Assembly: GCA_946538835.1 (NCBI GenBank)
Contig: CAMNGZ010000001.1
Coordinates: 1-52,053, forward strand
Length of the DNA stretch: 52,053 nt
Reading direction: 5' to 3'
Source: an uncultured Clostridium sp.
GTDB taxonomy: Bacteria > Bacillota_I > Bacilli_A > Acholeplasmatales > Anaeroplasmataceae
In this document: in pieces, positions 1-9,716 of the stretch
Numbering within the stretch: position 1 is the stretch's first letter
How the letters are laid out: every line of letters starts with the position of its first letter
Position numbers and translations under genes: made by a program
The notes under the pieces: model-generated
The model's database searches: none
Told to the model about the DNA's origin: nothing
What the model saw: the letters and a program-made list of their open reading frames with translations, nothing else

Positions 1-2
1 TT

Positions 3-33
3 AAAAAATCTTGTCCGTAGACAAGACTTTTTT
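3..33 (-). terminator. Rho-independent terminator downstream of ssb
   Basis: Stem tcttgtc (9-15) pairs with gacaaga (20-26), loop cgta. On the minus strand a T6 run follows. Confidence 0.6.
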
Positions 34-37
34 GTAT

Positions 38-379
38 CTATTCTTTTTCAGATTTAATACATTGTGAAATAACAGCAATTCTTTCGCAAATAATGGATAA
101 GGCATTGATTTTAGCTTTACTAGATAATTCAACAGGATTGCTTTGAACTCTTCCTTTTAAAGCTACCATATCTCCTTTGTGAATGCGTTGCTCTGCGATA
201 TTACATAGGGCATCAAACATAGTGACAGGAACGAAATCAGTATCATACTGATTTGTCTCATTATTTTTAAATGGTCGTTGACATGCAATAGTTAATTTTG
301 TGTATTCAACACCATTGGATCCTTTTAACACTTCAACATCCTGACACACACGTCCTATGAGCATTACATAGTTATACAT
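38..379 (-). CDS. ssb: Single-stranded DNA-binding protein, short SsbB-like form without acidic C-terminal tail
   Basis: 113 aa. OB-fold SSB pattern (MLIGRV..D.E....NG......L.IA.QRPFKN..G...TDF..V..F......IAE...KGD.V...GR.Q). Ends ...CIKSEKE with no DDDIPF-type tail. Hairpin plus T-run terminator lies downstream at 3-33. Confidence 0.8.
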   Translation of the reverse strand: MYNYVMLIGRVCQDVEVLKGSNGVEYTKLTIACQRPFKNNETNQYDTDFVPVTMFDALCNIAEQRIHKGDMVALKGRVQSNPVELSSKAKINALSIICERIAVISQCIKSEKE

Positions 380-490
380 TTTACCTCCTTTTAAAAATCA
401 CTTAAGTGTAGCTATATAATACTAGAACCATAATATACATTCAAATATGTATTAAATCGAATTAAACCATTTAAATTAGATAAAATTTAT

Positions 491-521
491 AAAAAAACAT
501 CCATATCTTTAAAATATGGAT
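491..521 (-). terminator. Rho-independent terminator downstream of the ABC-F gene
   Basis: Stem atccatat (499-506) pairs with atatggat (514-521). A T7 run follows on the minus strand (A-run 491-497 on plus). Confidence 0.6.
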
Positions 522-590
522 ATTTTATATTTAAGATATGAATATTTTTATACAAAATCAACTTAAAAATTAATTTGCATTATTTTTTGA

Positions 591-2144
591 TTAAACAATT
601 TTTAAAGTCCACTCTTCAGCATTTAACACAGTATCAACTAAACCATCATAGAATTCTGGTTCATGAGATACAAGGATAATTGTACCTTTATAATTTTGCA
701 ATACTTCTTTTAATGCTTCCTTAGCTAAATTGTCTAAATGGTTAGTAGGTTCATCAAGTACAAGACAGTTAGTCTCCTTAATCATAATCTTGCAAAGTCT
801 AACCTTAGCTTGTTCACCACCAGATAATACAATCATAAGTGATTCAATCTTTTCTTTAGTTAAACCACAAGATGCAAGAGCTCCTCTAACTTCAGCTTGA
901 GTCATAGATGGATACATGTCCCAAATTTCTTGTAAAGCTTGTTTATGAGATCCAACTTCTTCTTGTTCGAAATAACCAACTTCAAGCTTATAATCTAGCT
1001 TAACTTCACCGCTGATTGGTTTAATAATGCCAAGCATAGTCTTTAGCAAAGTAGATTTACCAATACCATTAGCACCTTTAATTACAACCTTATGTCCTTT
1101 TTCTATAACTAAATTGATAGGACGAGTTAATGGTTCATCATAACCGATTACTACATTATCAAGTGATACAACAAAACGACCACTAGATGGTGCTTCATTA
1201 AATCTAAATGAAGGCTTAATTTGTTCTTGAGGTTTATCAAGAATAACCATCTTATCAAGTCTTCTTTGTCTTGACTTAGCTAAATCTGTAGTGGCAACAC
1301 GCGCTTTATTTTTAGCAATGAACTTTTCAAGCTTATCGATTTCTTTTTGTTGCTTATCATAAGCCATTTGTTGATGTAAAAGTTCTGTTTCATGTAATTC
1401 CATAAATGTTTCATAGTTACCAGTATATCTACGCATATTACCAGCTTCAAGGTTATAAATAACATTTACAACTTTATTTAAGAATGGAATATCATGTGAT
1501 ACAAGAATAAATGCATTCTCGTAATTTAACAAATAATTTGTTAACCAGTTAATGTGTTCAACATCTAGGTAGTTAGTAGGTTCATCTAGAATTAGAATCA
1601 TTGGGTTTTCAAGTAATAACTTAGTTAATAATACTTTTGATCTTTGACCACCTGATAAATCAGTAACATCTCTATCATAACCAAGATCTCCAAGACCTAA
1701 ACCATTACCAACTTGTTCAATCTTTGAATCAATATTATAGAAACCACTAGCATCTAGTTCAGATTGAATTTCACCAATTTCTTCCATCATTTGGTTAACT
1801 TCTTCTTCACTTGCGGTAGTCATCTTATCATACATACCAAACATTTCTTGTTCCATTTTAAAATATGAATCAAATGCAGTACGTAAATATTCTTTGATTG
1901 TAAGACCTTTTGCAAGTTTAGTATATTGATCAAGATAACCAATAGTAACATGCTTAGCCCATTCAATTTTACCTGAATCAGGAACAATATTACCTGTAAT
2001 AATATTTAAAAATGTTGTCTTACCTTCACCATTATTACCAATAAGACCAACGTGCTCACCTTTATTTAATTGGAAAGTTGCGTTCTCAAGAATTGTTCTT
2101 TCACCAAATCCATGAGAAACATTCGTAGCTTTTAAAACTGACAT
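591..2144 (-). CDS. ABC-F family ATPase (two tandem ABC domains, no TMD; translation factor or ribosome-protection type)
   Basis: 517 aa. Walker A GNNGEGKTT and GANGIGKST, signatures LSGGQRSK and LSGGEQAK, Walker B ILILDEPTNYLD and CLVLDEPTNHLD. A charged inter-domain linker (QQKEIDKLEKFIAKNKARVATTD) is typical of ABC-F. Confidence 0.9.
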   Translation of the reverse strand: MSVLKATNVSHGFGERTILENATFQLNKGEHVGLIGNNGEGKTTFLNIITGNIVPDSGKIEWAKHVTIGYLDQYTKLAKGLTIKEYLRTAFDSYFKMEQEMFGMYDKMTTASEEEVNQMMEEIGEIQSELDASGFYNIDSKIEQVGNGLGLGDLGYDRDVTDLSGGQRSKVLLTKLLLENPMILILDEPTNYLDVEHINWLTNYLLNYENAFILVSHDIPFLNKVVNVIYNLEAGNMRRYTGNYETFMELHETELLHQQMAYDKQQKEIDKLEKFIAKNKARVATTDLAKSRQRRLDKMVILDKPQEQIKPSFRFNEAPSSGRFVVSLDNVVIGYDEPLTRPINLVIEKGHKVVIKGANGIGKSTLLKTMLGIIKPISGEVKLDYKLEVGYFEQEEVGSHKQALQEIWDMYPSMTQAEVRGALASCGLTKEKIESLMIVLSGGEQAKVRLCKIMIKETNCLVLDEPTNHLDNLAKEALKEVLQNYKGTIILVSHEPEFYDGLVDTVLNAEEWTLKIV

Positions 2145-2218
2145 AAAAAATCACCAAGTAAGATTATAACAAAAAATAAACTAAACTCAAGAATAAAACT
2201 TGAATTTAGTTTATCTTT

Positions 2219-2806
2219 TTACTTTTCTTTAACAAGTGTAATAACTAAATGATTAATAAATATAGTTTGACATAGACAATCTATATTGTTTTTATTATAA
2301 TCTTGCAAATATCTACCAATACCCTTGCCTAAATATTTAGAATAAGCTTCTTTAAAAGTCCATAATTCGTATTTATCATCGAAATCATTAGCTTCTAAAA
2401 TTTCATCTTTAGTTGCAACAAATTCTAACGCTTTTAAATCTCTCTTTTGTCTAACCTCAATATCAAGACCAACATTCTTCTTATCTAACACAAAAGCTAA
2501 ATAAGTTCCACTATGAGAAACACTAAAATTATAATCATAATCCTTATAAACAGGTCTTTTATTATCTTCTCTTAAAATGATAATATCACGAGCCTCTTTA
2601 TTTAATAATTTAGCTAATTCAATCTTAGGAATCGAATGTGATAACAAATGAAGTATTCTATCTTCTAAATTTTGAAACTTTTCAATTTTTAAAATTTCTT
2701 CATCTGTCAAATACTTATAAAAATATTTTTTAAGTAATTCAAAATTATCATTTTTTGTATCATATACCAAGATATCACTATCTAATACATTATATTTATT
2801 AAACAT
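2219..2806 (-). CDS. 4'-phosphopantetheinyl transferase, Sfp type
   Basis: Motifs FNFSVSHSGTYLAFV, VGLDIE and W..KEAYSKYLGKG. The track start is a GTG inside the RBS AAGAGGTG. I prefer the ATG two codons downstream. Confidence 0.8.
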   Translation of the reverse strand: MFNKYNVLDSDILVYDTKNDNFELLKKYFYKYLTDEEILKIEKFQNLEDRILHLLSHSIPKIELAKLLNKEARDIIILREDNKRPVYKDYDYNFSVSHSGTYLAFVLDKKNVGLDIEVRQKRDLKALEFVATKDEILEANDFDDKYELWTFKEAYSKYLGKGIGRYLQDYNKNNIDCLCQTIFINHLVITLVKEK

Positions 2807-2836
2807 AGACACCTCTTAAAAAAATAGAGTCTATCT

Positions 2837-3250
2837 CTATTTCATATTTGTCAAATAATCATTAGCATGCTTCAAAATAAGACGATCTGAATCATAAGTT
2901 AATATTCGATTAGCTTCATCAAAATTAAGCAAGAATAATTCGTGAACTTCGCTCTCTTGTCTTTTTAAATCATTGATACACTTAGCTTCAGCTAAAAAGT
3001 AAACAACATCTTTAACAACATTTTTTTTAGGACTATAAGAGCTTACCTCTCTAAAGCTTGTTAAAAAAGTTACATCAAGATTAGTCTCTTCCTTAATTTC
3101 TCGACGTGCAGTATCAATTTCATTTTCATCTAATTCAACATGTCCCTTTGGAAGTGAAAAATGGCCTAGATTCATTTCCTCAATAATAAACTTAATTTCA
3201 TTATTCATTTTAGTGAAGACTACAGCTCCACAACTTTTTTCTTTAGTCAT
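2837..3250 (-). CDS. NUDIX hydrolase
   Basis: Nudix box GHVELDENEIDTARREIKEETNL (G-x5-E-x7-REUxEExGU). RBS AAGGGGA. Confidence 0.88.
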   Translation of the reverse strand: MTKEKSCGAVVFTKMNNEIKFIIEEMNLGHFSLPKGHVELDENEIDTARREIKEETNLDVTFLTSFREVSSYSPKKNVVKDVVYFLAEAKCINDLKRQESEVHELFLLNFDEANRILTYDSDRLILKHANDYLTNMK

Positions 3251-3312
3251 ATATATTCCCCTTAAACTATAATTTTTATAATTATAGCATACTTATAATA
3301 TAATTCAAATTA

Positions 3313-4176
3313 TTATGAAATCTTAACAAAGTTAAACTTATTTCTACCACTAGACTCTTCTTCTGCTAAAAACTTATCCTTATTCTTAAATTCAAATTCT
3401 TGATGTTCATCTTCAGCTTTATAGAAAATAGTATCATTATCAGTTAACACCTTAACCTCTAATTTATAAGATGATTCGATATAAGATTTGTAATTATTAA
3501 ATACAGTCTCTTCATCTTTATTTTTAAAATAGACACAAGTTGTATATGATTTACCTTTATCAATAAATTGACCAAGTGAATCAAATGGATCAATTGATTC
3601 AAAATATAATTTTAATAAATTAGCATAGCTAGTCTTATTAGTATCATATACAATAAGTACACTTTCTCTAAAATCATTTTCACCATGTTTAGTTTCTAAA
3701 TAAGTAGGATTAAGAGTAGTTCCACCAGCATAACCACTAATTACTTTTAGAACACCGTCTTCTTTATAATATGGGTGAGCCATACACCAGAAACAACCAC
3801 CTGAGAATACAGTTCTTCTTATATTAGTTTCAGATACAAAGTATGACTTAGATTCAAATTCAATTTTGAAATTATATTTCTTTTTAAGCAAATTAATAAA
3901 TTTAACATTTGATGTATAGATATGCTTAAATTCAACATTTCTTAAATATAAATCATCTATAATATTATCGAGTTCATCTTGATAACCCAACAAATACATC
4001 TTAGATCTATATGAAATAATATGCAAGTTATCATAAGAAATAACAAAATTCTTGTTATTAAATCCATTAATATTATTTAATGTAAACAGCATATCTTTAT
4101 AATGAGGTGATTTTTTAAGCACCTCATCATGACTTTTTGCAAAATCTCTTCCGTTTTTATACAATTTTATTTCCAT
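3313..4176 (-). CDS. msrA: Peptide-methionine (S)-S-oxide reductase MsrA fused to an unknown ~125-aa N-terminal domain
   Basis: The C-terminal ~160 aa carry GGCFWCMAHPY...VISGYAGG...NPTY...ESVLIVYD...LL..YFESIDPF...GQFIDKGKSYTT, matching MsrA. The N-terminal 125 aa have no motif I recognise. RBS GAGGAG overlaps the upstream CDF stop. Confidence 0.85.
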   Translation of the reverse strand: MEIKLYKNGRDFAKSHDEVLKKSPHYKDMLFTLNNINGFNNKNFVISYDNLHIISYRSKMYLLGYQDELDNIIDDLYLRNVEFKHIYTSNVKFINLLKKKYNFKIEFESKSYFVSETNIRRTVFSGGCFWCMAHPYYKEDGVLKVISGYAGGTTLNPTYLETKHGENDFRESVLIVYDTNKTSYANLLKLYFESIDPFDSLGQFIDKGKSYTTCVYFKNKDEETVFNNYKSYIESSYKLEVKVLTDNDTIFYKAEDEHQEFEFKNKDKFLAEEESSGRNKFNFVKIS

Positions 4177-4178
4177 AT

Positions 4179-5378
4179 TTACTCCTCATAACCATGATCA
4201 AACTTTACTTCTATTTTAATACGTTTGTTGTTAATTTTCTTGTTTAATGCTTCTAAAATTTCCTTATTAGTCATTTTAAACTTATATGGCACTAATAAAT
4301 CAAAGACCAAAATAGTAAGTCTCTTATGATTGATAACTCGTAAATCATGGTAAGATAATTCATTTGATATTTCTCCTATGCTTGCATCTAATAATTCATT
4401 ATATTCTTTGATTCTAGGATCGTTAATACTAGCCGGATCCATGTGAATTGTTAAATAAACATGGAATTTTTCAAACACTTTATCTTCAATATCTTCAGTA
4501 TAAAGATCAATTTCTTTAAAATTAGAATTTTCATCAACCTCAACATGCATAGTCATATAACACATTTCAGGACCATACATATGACAAATCACATCATGAG
4601 TACCAATAACTTTATCAAATGATTTAACATAATCATCTATCTTTTTTACAAATTCTTTATCTTGAGGCTTTCCAATAATGAAATCGGCTTCTTCTTTTAC
4701 TAATTTAATGCCAGATACTATGATTAAAATAGATTCAAGAATACCAAGAGTTCCATCAATTGAGAACTTAGGGTCAATTGAATTAATCATCAAAACATAA
4801 TTAATAATTAAACCTATAATCAAAAATAATGCTCCAAAAATATCAGTTAATGCGTCAACTGCATTATCATGCAAATTTGCAGATTTAATCATCTTAGCTA
4901 ATTTATTATATATATAAAATTGATACAATTTTATTATAATAGTCAAAATTAATATAACAATAGTCACAATAAATAATTGCGAACTAATACTAAACACTTC
5001 ATAATTTATCAATTTTTTAACACTTGTAACAAGTATAGAAACGCCAATCAAAAGAATAAGTAATGAAACAATTAACCCTGAAACATATTCTATTCTTTGA
5101 TGTCCAAATGGATGTTCCTTATCAGCAGGCTTTTTTGACAAATGAAAGCCAAGAAGCGTTATAATATTACTTGAAAAATCACTTAAAGAATCAATTGCGT
5201 TTGCTATAACAGATACACTATTAATAATTAAACCAATTGACAATTTTGTTACAATCAAAATAAAGTTGGTGATAACACCAATGATTGCTGCTAAAACACC
5301 GAATTGATTACGAGTCTTAATATCTAAAATATTATTCGGATTGTCTATTTTCTTTTTAATAATAAAATCAATTAACAT
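4179..5378 (-). CDS. Cation diffusion facilitator (CDF) family metal efflux transporter
   Basis: 399 aa with 6 predicted TM helices. Contains AIDSLSDF, ADKEHPFGHQRIEYVSGL and a C-terminal cytoplasmic domain. Confidence 0.85.
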   Translation of the reverse strand: MLIDFIIKKKIDNPNNILDIKTRNQFGVLAAIIGVITNFILIVTKLSIGLIINSVSVIANAIDSLSDFSSNIITLLGFHLSKKPADKEHPFGHQRIEYVSGLIVSLLILLIGVSILVTSVKKLINYEVFSISSQLFIVTIVILILTIIIKLYQFYIYNKLAKMIKSANLHDNAVDALTDIFGALFLIIGLIINYVLMINSIDPKFSIDGTLGILESILIIVSGIKLVKEEADFIIGKPQDKEFVKKIDDYVKSFDKVIGTHDVICHMYGPEMCYMTMHVEVDENSNFKEIDLYTEDIEDKVFEKFHVYLTIHMDPASINDPRIKEYNELLDASIGEISNELSYHDLRVINHKRLTILVFDLLVPYKFKMTNKEILEALNKKINNKRIKIEVKFDHGYEE

Positions 5379-5488
5379 TATAAATCATCTCTTGATTAAT
5401 TATAACACATATATAAGTATCAAGTAACATTGATTATTTAAATTAATTTATTTTTGAATTATAATATAGGTAAATGGAGGAATTCATA

Positions 5489-6082
5489 ATGAAAAAATTT
5501 TTTAAAGAATTTAAGGAGTTTATTTCTAAAGGAAATATACTTGATATGGCAATTGGTGTAATTATTGCCGGAGCATTCAGCCAAATTGTAACTGCATTAA
5601 CAAATAAGATTTTAATGCCACTTATCAATTCACTTCTTGCGCCTGCAACAGGTGGAGATAAGATTTATACAATTTTATGGTCAAGCAAATTAATGTATTC
5701 TGCTGATGATGTTTCTAAACTTGATGAAGCAGGAAAGGCAGCATTAAGTGCATACCAATTAGGACCAGACGGTGGTTATTATTCTAAATTATTCTTTATC
5801 GATTGGTCATCATTCATTGAAGCCATTATTAACTTCATCTTCATCGCATTAGTTTTATTTACTATCACTAAAATCTTTATTTCAATAAATAAGAAACGTG
5901 AAGAATTAAAAAATAAGATTAAAACAGATTTAGAAAAAAAATTAGGCAAGAATGAAGACAAAGTCGAGGAAATCGAGGAAGTTAAAGAAGTTGAAACTCC
6001 AGTTACTGAACCTGCAGTAACTAATGAAAATCAAGAAATCATTAGCTTGTTAAAAGAAATCAGCGACAAATTAAATAAATAA
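5489..6082 (+). CDS. mscL: Large-conductance mechanosensitive channel MscL (long loop and acidic C-terminal extension)
   Basis: MKKFFKEFKEFISKGNILDMAIGVIIAGAFSQIVTALTNKILMPLI is the MscL N-terminal/TM1 signature. GGAGG lies upstream of the ATG at 5489; the track start at 5474 sits inside the RBS region. Confidence 0.9.
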   Translation: MKKFFKEFKEFISKGNILDMAIGVIIAGAFSQIVTALTNKILMPLINSLLAPATGGDKIYTILWSSKLMYSADDVSKLDEAGKAALSAYQLGPDGGYYSKLFFIDWSSFIEAIINFIFIALVLFTITKIFISINKKREELKNKIKTDLEKKLGKNEDKVEEIEEVKEVETPVTEPAVTNENQEIISLLKEISDKLNK

Positions 6083-6087
6083 AATAA

Positions 6088-6132
6088 GAGGTTATTAGAG
6101 AACTTAACTGTTCTATTAATAACCTCATTTTT
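6088..6132. terminator. Bidirectional terminator between mscL (+) and the ABC exporter operon (-)
   Basis: Long hairpin: gaggttatta (6088-6097) pairs with taataacctc (6117-6126), with an inner agaac/gttct pairing. T-run on plus and A-run on the other side. Confidence 0.6.
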
Positions 6133-6144
6133 AATTTATAATAA

Positions 6145-7890
6145 TTAATGTTCAAATTGAGAATAATATAATTCTTTATAAAAGCCATTCTTATTTAATA
6201 ATTCATTATGACTTCCACTTTCAATCAAGTTTCCATCTTTCATTACTAAAATTTTATCAGCCTCTTTAATAGTTTGCAGTCTATGGGCAATGATAATTGA
6301 AGTGTGACCTTCCATTAATTTATCAAAAGCTTTTTGAACCATAATCTCGGTACGTGTGTCAATATTTGATGTAGCTTCATCGAGAATTAAAATATTAGGA
6401 TTTCTAAGCATTAAACGCGCAATACAAATTAATTGCTTTTGTCCTAAAGAAACAGAATCATCATCTGAAATTACTGTGTCATAACCATTAGGTAAATGCA
6501 TAATAAAATCATCAGCATAAGCTTTCTTGCACGCTTCAATTACTTCTTCTTTAGATGCACCTTTTTTAGCATAAGCTACATTTTCAAATACAGTTCCTTT
6601 GAATAACCAAGTTTCTTGTAAAACCATTCCGATATTTTCTCTTAATGATTCTCTTGATAAATCCTGAATATTTTGATTGTCTATAAGTATTTCACCTGAA
6701 GTCACATCATAAAAATGCATCAATAAGTTAATTAAAGTTGTTTTACCACAACCAGTAGGTCCAACTATGGCATAATGTTTGCCATGTTCAATTTCTGCAT
6801 TTATATCTTTTAAAATTAATCTTGAATCATTATATCCAAACGAAACATTATTAATTTGAATTTTGCTATCAGTAAGTTCTAGTTTTTTATTAGAATCTTC
6901 AATTTGAGTTTCCATAATTAAATCATATACTCTCTTTAATGATGCGAAAGAATTAGTTAGTTCTGTCGCTACACTAGAAACATCATTAAAAGGTTTAGTA
7001 TATTGATTGGCATATGTTAAAAAAGCACTAAGTTGACCAACACCAAATAATTCATTTGGTTTGTTGTAAATAATCATAATTGCACCAATTGTTGCAACAA
7101 GAGCATAAACAATATTATTTACAAATCTAGTAGATGGATTAGTTAAGCTAGAATAGAATTGTGCATCAATTCCTGCTTTATAAAGCTTAGCATCTAACTC
7201 ATTAAATTTTTTAATATTTTCTTCAGTCATACCATAAGATAACACAATCTTTTGATTTGTTATCATTTCATTTTCAAATCCGGACATCTCACCTTTTATA
7301 TCAGTTTGAATTTTAAATGTTTTAAAAGTATGACTTGAGATAAATTTAGCAACAAATATTGATAATGGAGTTAATACAATTACCAATAATCCTAAAATCC
7401 AATTCATATATAACATTAATCCAATAGTGATTAAAATAGTCAATATACCAGTTGTAAATTGTGTAAATCCTTGAAGTAAACCATCTGCAACTTGATCAGT
7501 ATCATTAATGATACGTTGCATAACATCACCTTCAAGATGTGAATCAAGATACTTAACAGGAACATTTAATATTTTTTTAAATGCATCCTTTCTTAAATCG
7601 AAAATAACCTTATATGTTATTCTGTTTAACATATAATTCATCAAAAATCCAAATATAAACCCAATTGAACAAATTATAATTAACATATATATCAAATTAT
7701 TTAAATTTGACATTTTGAAATCTGGTTTAGAAGAAAATAAATCAATTGCCTTACCGATAAAGACAGGGCTTATCAATGTCGCAACAACAAAACATAGTGC
7801 TAGAATAAATGAAACAACTAACCCCAAAATATATTGCTTAGCATACTTAAATAAGAATTTAAGTAACCCTTTATTTTTCTTTTTATTCAT
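6145..7890 (-). CDS. ABC exporter, fused permease/ATPase subunit (type I exporter, second gene of a heterodimer pair)
   Basis: 581 aa. Six N-terminal TM helices, then Walker A GPTGCGKTT, signature VSLGQKQL and Walker B ILILDEATSNID. It overlaps the upstream partner gene by 8 nt. Confidence 0.9.
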   Translation of the reverse strand: MNKKKNKGLLKFLFKYAKQYILGLVVSFILALCFVVATLISPVFIGKAIDLFSSKPDFKMSNLNNLIYMLIIICSIGFIFGFLMNYMLNRITYKVIFDLRKDAFKKILNVPVKYLDSHLEGDVMQRIINDTDQVADGLLQGFTQFTTGILTILITIGLMLYMNWILGLLVIVLTPLSIFVAKFISSHTFKTFKIQTDIKGEMSGFENEMITNQKIVLSYGMTEENIKKFNELDAKLYKAGIDAQFYSSLTNPSTRFVNNIVYALVATIGAIMIIYNKPNELFGVGQLSAFLTYANQYTKPFNDVSSVATELTNSFASLKRVYDLIMETQIEDSNKKLELTDSKIQINNVSFGYNDSRLILKDINAEIEHGKHYAIVGPTGCGKTTLINLLMHFYDVTSGEILIDNQNIQDLSRESLRENIGMVLQETWLFKGTVFENVAYAKKGASKEEVIEACKKAYADDFIMHLPNGYDTVISDDDSVSLGQKQLICIARLMLRNPNILILDEATSNIDTRTEIMVQKAFDKLMEGHTSIIIAHRLQTIKEADKILVMKDGNLIESGSHNELLNKNGFYKELYYSQFEH

Positions 7891-9622
7891 TTATTCCACC
7901 TCCTATATGTTGAGATTTGCATATTTCCTGATAAACTGCATTATTCTTAAATAATTCATCATGAGTTCCATATCCAACAATGTTACCCTTATCAAGAACA
8001 ACTACCTTATCACAATGTAACATATCACTAGCTCTTTGTGAGATTTCAATAATAGTCTTATTGATACTCTTTAAAGCTTTTGTAAGTTCCAAGCTAGTTT
8101 TAAAATCAAGAGCTGACTTTGTATCATCTAATATCAAAACATCGCTATTTTTAGCTAATGCCCTCGCAATCGCAAGACGTTGTTTTTGACCTCCAGATAA
8201 ATTCTTACCACCTTGATATAAAACTTCATCCAACTTATCTTTTGTATTATTTACAAACTCACTCGCTTGTGCAATATCAATATATTTCATTATTTCTTCA
8301 TCAGTAATATCTTCATTACTAAGTCGAATATTATCACGAATTGTTCCTGTAAATAAGATAGCCTTTTGGAATACTTGAGATATATTTTTTCTTACAAAAT
8401 CTAATTTGTAATCTTTAATATCATTACCATAAAATAAAATCCTACCACTTGTAACATCGTAGAAACGATTTAAAATATTTGCCAAACTAGTTTTACCACT
8501 ACCTGTACCACCAATAACACCTAGAATCATACCTTTTTTAATTGTTAAATTGATATTACTTAAAGCGTTTAATGATTCTGTATTATATTTAAATGATACA
8601 TCTTCAAGCACAAATGGTGTATCATTTTTAAATGAATCTAAATGACCATCTTTAATTGAACTAGATTTGTCAAAAACTTGATTAATTCTTTGACTAGAAG
8701 CACGAGCTTTTGTAAAAACTACTACAAGGTTTGCGACAACCATTACTGCTAACTGAATTTGAATAAGATAATTATATAAGGATTGAATATCTCCTTGTAA
8801 AAGATTACTAGATTTAAAATTTAAACCAGATACGTATAACACAAGAATAATTGCTATATTTGTAATCATGAATACCATTGGGTTTAATAGTGCATTGATT
8901 TTTCCAATATTAATCTGTATATTTCTTAATGAAACACCTTCATCACAATATCTTACAAATTCTTCTTTTTCTCTATTAAAAGCTCTAACAACTCTATTAC
9001 CAGAAATATTCTCTTTAGTAATATTAGTCAAATTATCTAATTTAGCTTGTGCAATCTTATTCTTCTTTACTTGGATACGCATCAATAAAATAATAATAAA
9101 GAATAACAAAATACCACTACACATAAATATAAATCCAGCTGTAGTATTCTTAATAAAAGACAAAACAGTAGCACCAATTATTAAAAATGGTGCACGTATT
9201 ACTAAACGTATTAGCATGGCAACACTTGATTGAACATTATTTATGTCACTATTTAAACGAGTTAATAAACTTGAGGTAGAAAAATCATCTAATTCTTTAA
9301 ATAATAATTAATTAATATGTTTAAATAAATCATTTCTTATATCAGTACCCACTCCTTGTGATACTCTTGAAGCCATAAACTGGCATACCAAAGTGCTTAA
9401 TAAACCAATAATAGCGAATAATAATAAAAGTCCACCACGAGATAAAACAAATTTTACTTGCTCATCTTGATTATTAAAAGACCCATTAATCCCCTTATCA
9501 ATCATGTTACCTATAATAAGAGGTACTAATAATTCAAATATTACTTCAACAAACTTGAACATAGGTCCAAGTATAACTTTTACTTTATATTTTTTTAGAT
9601 ATTTCATATATAATCTAAACAT
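7883..9622 (-). pseudogene. ABC exporter permease/ATPase subunit interrupted by one in-frame TAA (codon 105, at 9308-9310)
   Basis: The 104-aa ORF (9308-9622) and the 444-aa ORF (7883-9217) are in the same frame. Reading through gives ...DLFKHIN*LLFKELDDFSTSSLLTRLNSDINNVQSSVAMLIRL..., a continuous ABC TMD sequence of about 579 aa. NBD motifs GGTGSGKTS, LSGGQKQR and VLILDD are intact. Confidence 0.8.
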
Positions 9623-9644
9623 TTAAATCACCTACAGGTTGTAT

Positions 9645-9664
9645 TATAGCACTTATGTGGTATA
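9645..9664. promoter_or_regulatory. Candidate LysR-type operator in the divergent ABC / LysR intergenic region
   Basis: Imperfect inverted repeat TATAGCAC-TTAT-GTGGTATA (7 of 8 arm positions complementary). It overlaps a minus-strand TATAAT (9643-9648) and a plus-strand TGgTATACT. Confidence 0.35.
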
Positions 9665-9716
9665 CTTTAAATATAAAAACATGCTATTATATATACTAGA
9701 AAGGTATAGATTGTAT

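Noticed and set aside
498-521. The same stem sequence ATCCATA(T) in two terminators (498-521 and 37370-37390), considered as a possible REP-like repeat family.
   Set aside because: There are only two copies, the shared segment is 7-8 nt of AT-rich sequence, and the loops and flanks differ. This is compatible with chance.
1280-1465. Short ORFs on the opposite strand or in other frames inside well-supported genes. Coordinates: 1280-1465, 5443-5628, 5779-5961, 7715-7954, 7980-8189, 8868-9233, 11401-11595, 11761-12096, 14344-14529, 17754-17966, 20342-20536, 28824-29012, 28996-29235, 29425-29649, 33138-33326, 33681-33899, 38483-38740, 38769-38981, 39426-39614, 41134-41430, 42634-42840, 43444-43665, 45517-45699, 50939-51124, 51056-51247, 51803-52003.
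   Set aside because: All are embedded in or overlap much longer genes with clear family motifs. They have low-complexity or AT-bias-driven composition (I/L/F/K/N-rich) and no convincing RBS. They are typical spurious ORFs in AT-rich DNA.
9218-9310. Frameshift as the cause of the split ABC exporter gene.
   Set aside because: Codon-by-codon reading shows both ORFs share one frame. The only lesion is the TAA at 9308-9310, so this is a nonsense codon, not an indel.
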